NCBI RefSeq assembly: GCF_009834535.1
Contig: NC_045707.1
Location: 60,018,001-60,082,000, forward strand
From: Camelus ferus
Lineage: Eukaryota
Direction: 5' to 3'
Length of the DNA: 64,000 nucleotides
Shown here: positions 63,071-64,000 of the stretch, piece by piece
Layout: each line of letters starts with the position of its first letter
Numbering within the stretch: the stretch's first letter is position 1
Notes under the pieces: model-generated
Database searches by the model: none
Told to the model about the DNA's origin: nothing
Seen by the model: the letters and a program-made list of their open reading frames with translations, nothing else
Made by a program: the position numbers and the translations under genes

Positions 63071-64000
63071 CTGACTATACCAAACAATCAACATATTCTG
63101 TTTAAATGGATCCCCCTCGAAAACAAATTATACTAGTAGAAGAATCTATTGGAGAAGTGATATACAAGACCAACAGACCCTTTCATCTGGTCTTTTGACG
63201 GGAATTCCTACTGCACGTGCATGGCTCAGGGGGACACTGTGTAGCCGACATGACACTGTAGTCACTCAGCTATAAGCCTAGGACTGGAGCCAAGAGACTC
63301 ACCCCAATTTGCTGGAGTGCTCCAGAGTGTCACTCACCCAGCTGGGCAGAGAAAACATACACAGCTCCTAGGACCCGCTCCAAAACGGAAAACAGCAGGT
63401 TTTAAATTATCGTTTGCCCGGAGACAACACTTTTTCCTCTATTCCCAACTGCTGACCAACGTTCCCTCTTTGTAGTTTAAATTACTCAGGGCTCAATTTG
63501 TCAAGAGCCCAAGAGTTAGCTGGGCCACACACCACCTCACCTTCACCACCTGCCTCCTACCACACCCCTCTGGCAAATGCTCGTGGCAAACACGGACGGC
63601 AGTGCTGTTCCCAGTTGGCCTAAGGATACAGAAAGGGTGGGGGAGAAAGCGAGGTGCCCTGAATAAATGCGCCTTATGGATTTCATCACAGATTCCAATA
63701 AGAGTTCTTTGGATGCTTCATGGTGTTAAAGATGTAACGCCAGAAAGAGAAAGGACAGATTGTCAGAAGAGCAAGGTATAGCGTTGTAAGGACGTACTTG
63801 GACACTCAGTGGTAAGAGCCAAATACCCATATCCAAAAGCACAGAAGGGTTTTTTATATCCCAAATCATAACTTGATAATATCAACAGTTTAAATTCTCA
63901 CCGTCTCCAAGGAATGATTCCTGATCCACCAAGGTCACTATGGGTGCCCTCCAAGAACCCCTCCCTCACTCTTCTCCTGGTACATTTCAAAGTACACAGT

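Noticed and set aside
1..64000. tRNA, rRNA, snRNA/snoRNA copies, NUMTs, processed pseudogenes or a novel multi-gene system
   Set aside because: I recognised none by eye. Small or diverged RNA genes cannot be excluded without an Rfam/Infernal or tRNAscan-SE search.

Overview
This is AT-rich, CpG-depleted placental-mammal genomic DNA, not prokaryotic. I found no operon, CRISPR array, rRNA, tRNA or recognisable protein-coding sequence. The ORF track is essentially noise: short ORFs, many lying in or antisense to repeats. The window is dominated by interspersed repeats: L1 fragments of several ages (some with clear target-site duplications), MaLR/ERVL LTRs, hAT-Charlie and Tigger DNA-transposon relics, MIRs, L2 and microsatellites. 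The L1 3' ends are of cetartiodactyl type, and I saw no ruminant, pig or whale SINEs, which suggests a camelid. L1s and LTRs lie mostly on the + strand, so the window is probably inside a large intron of an unidentified minus-strand gene. The most notable non-repeat signals are a strong CTCF motif in a small CpG cluster (~58.98 kb), a homeodomain/TALE motif cluster (~45.7 kb), a CpG-retaining patch (~11.1-11.4 kb), several exon-like segments (best: 63 nt, minus strand, 51146-51208) and a recursive-splice-like site (52550/52551). There is also an unusual L1 that kept its 5' end but lost its 3' end. I cannot support a novel biological system from this sequence. Repeat family names come from recalled consensus sequences and boundaries are approximate.
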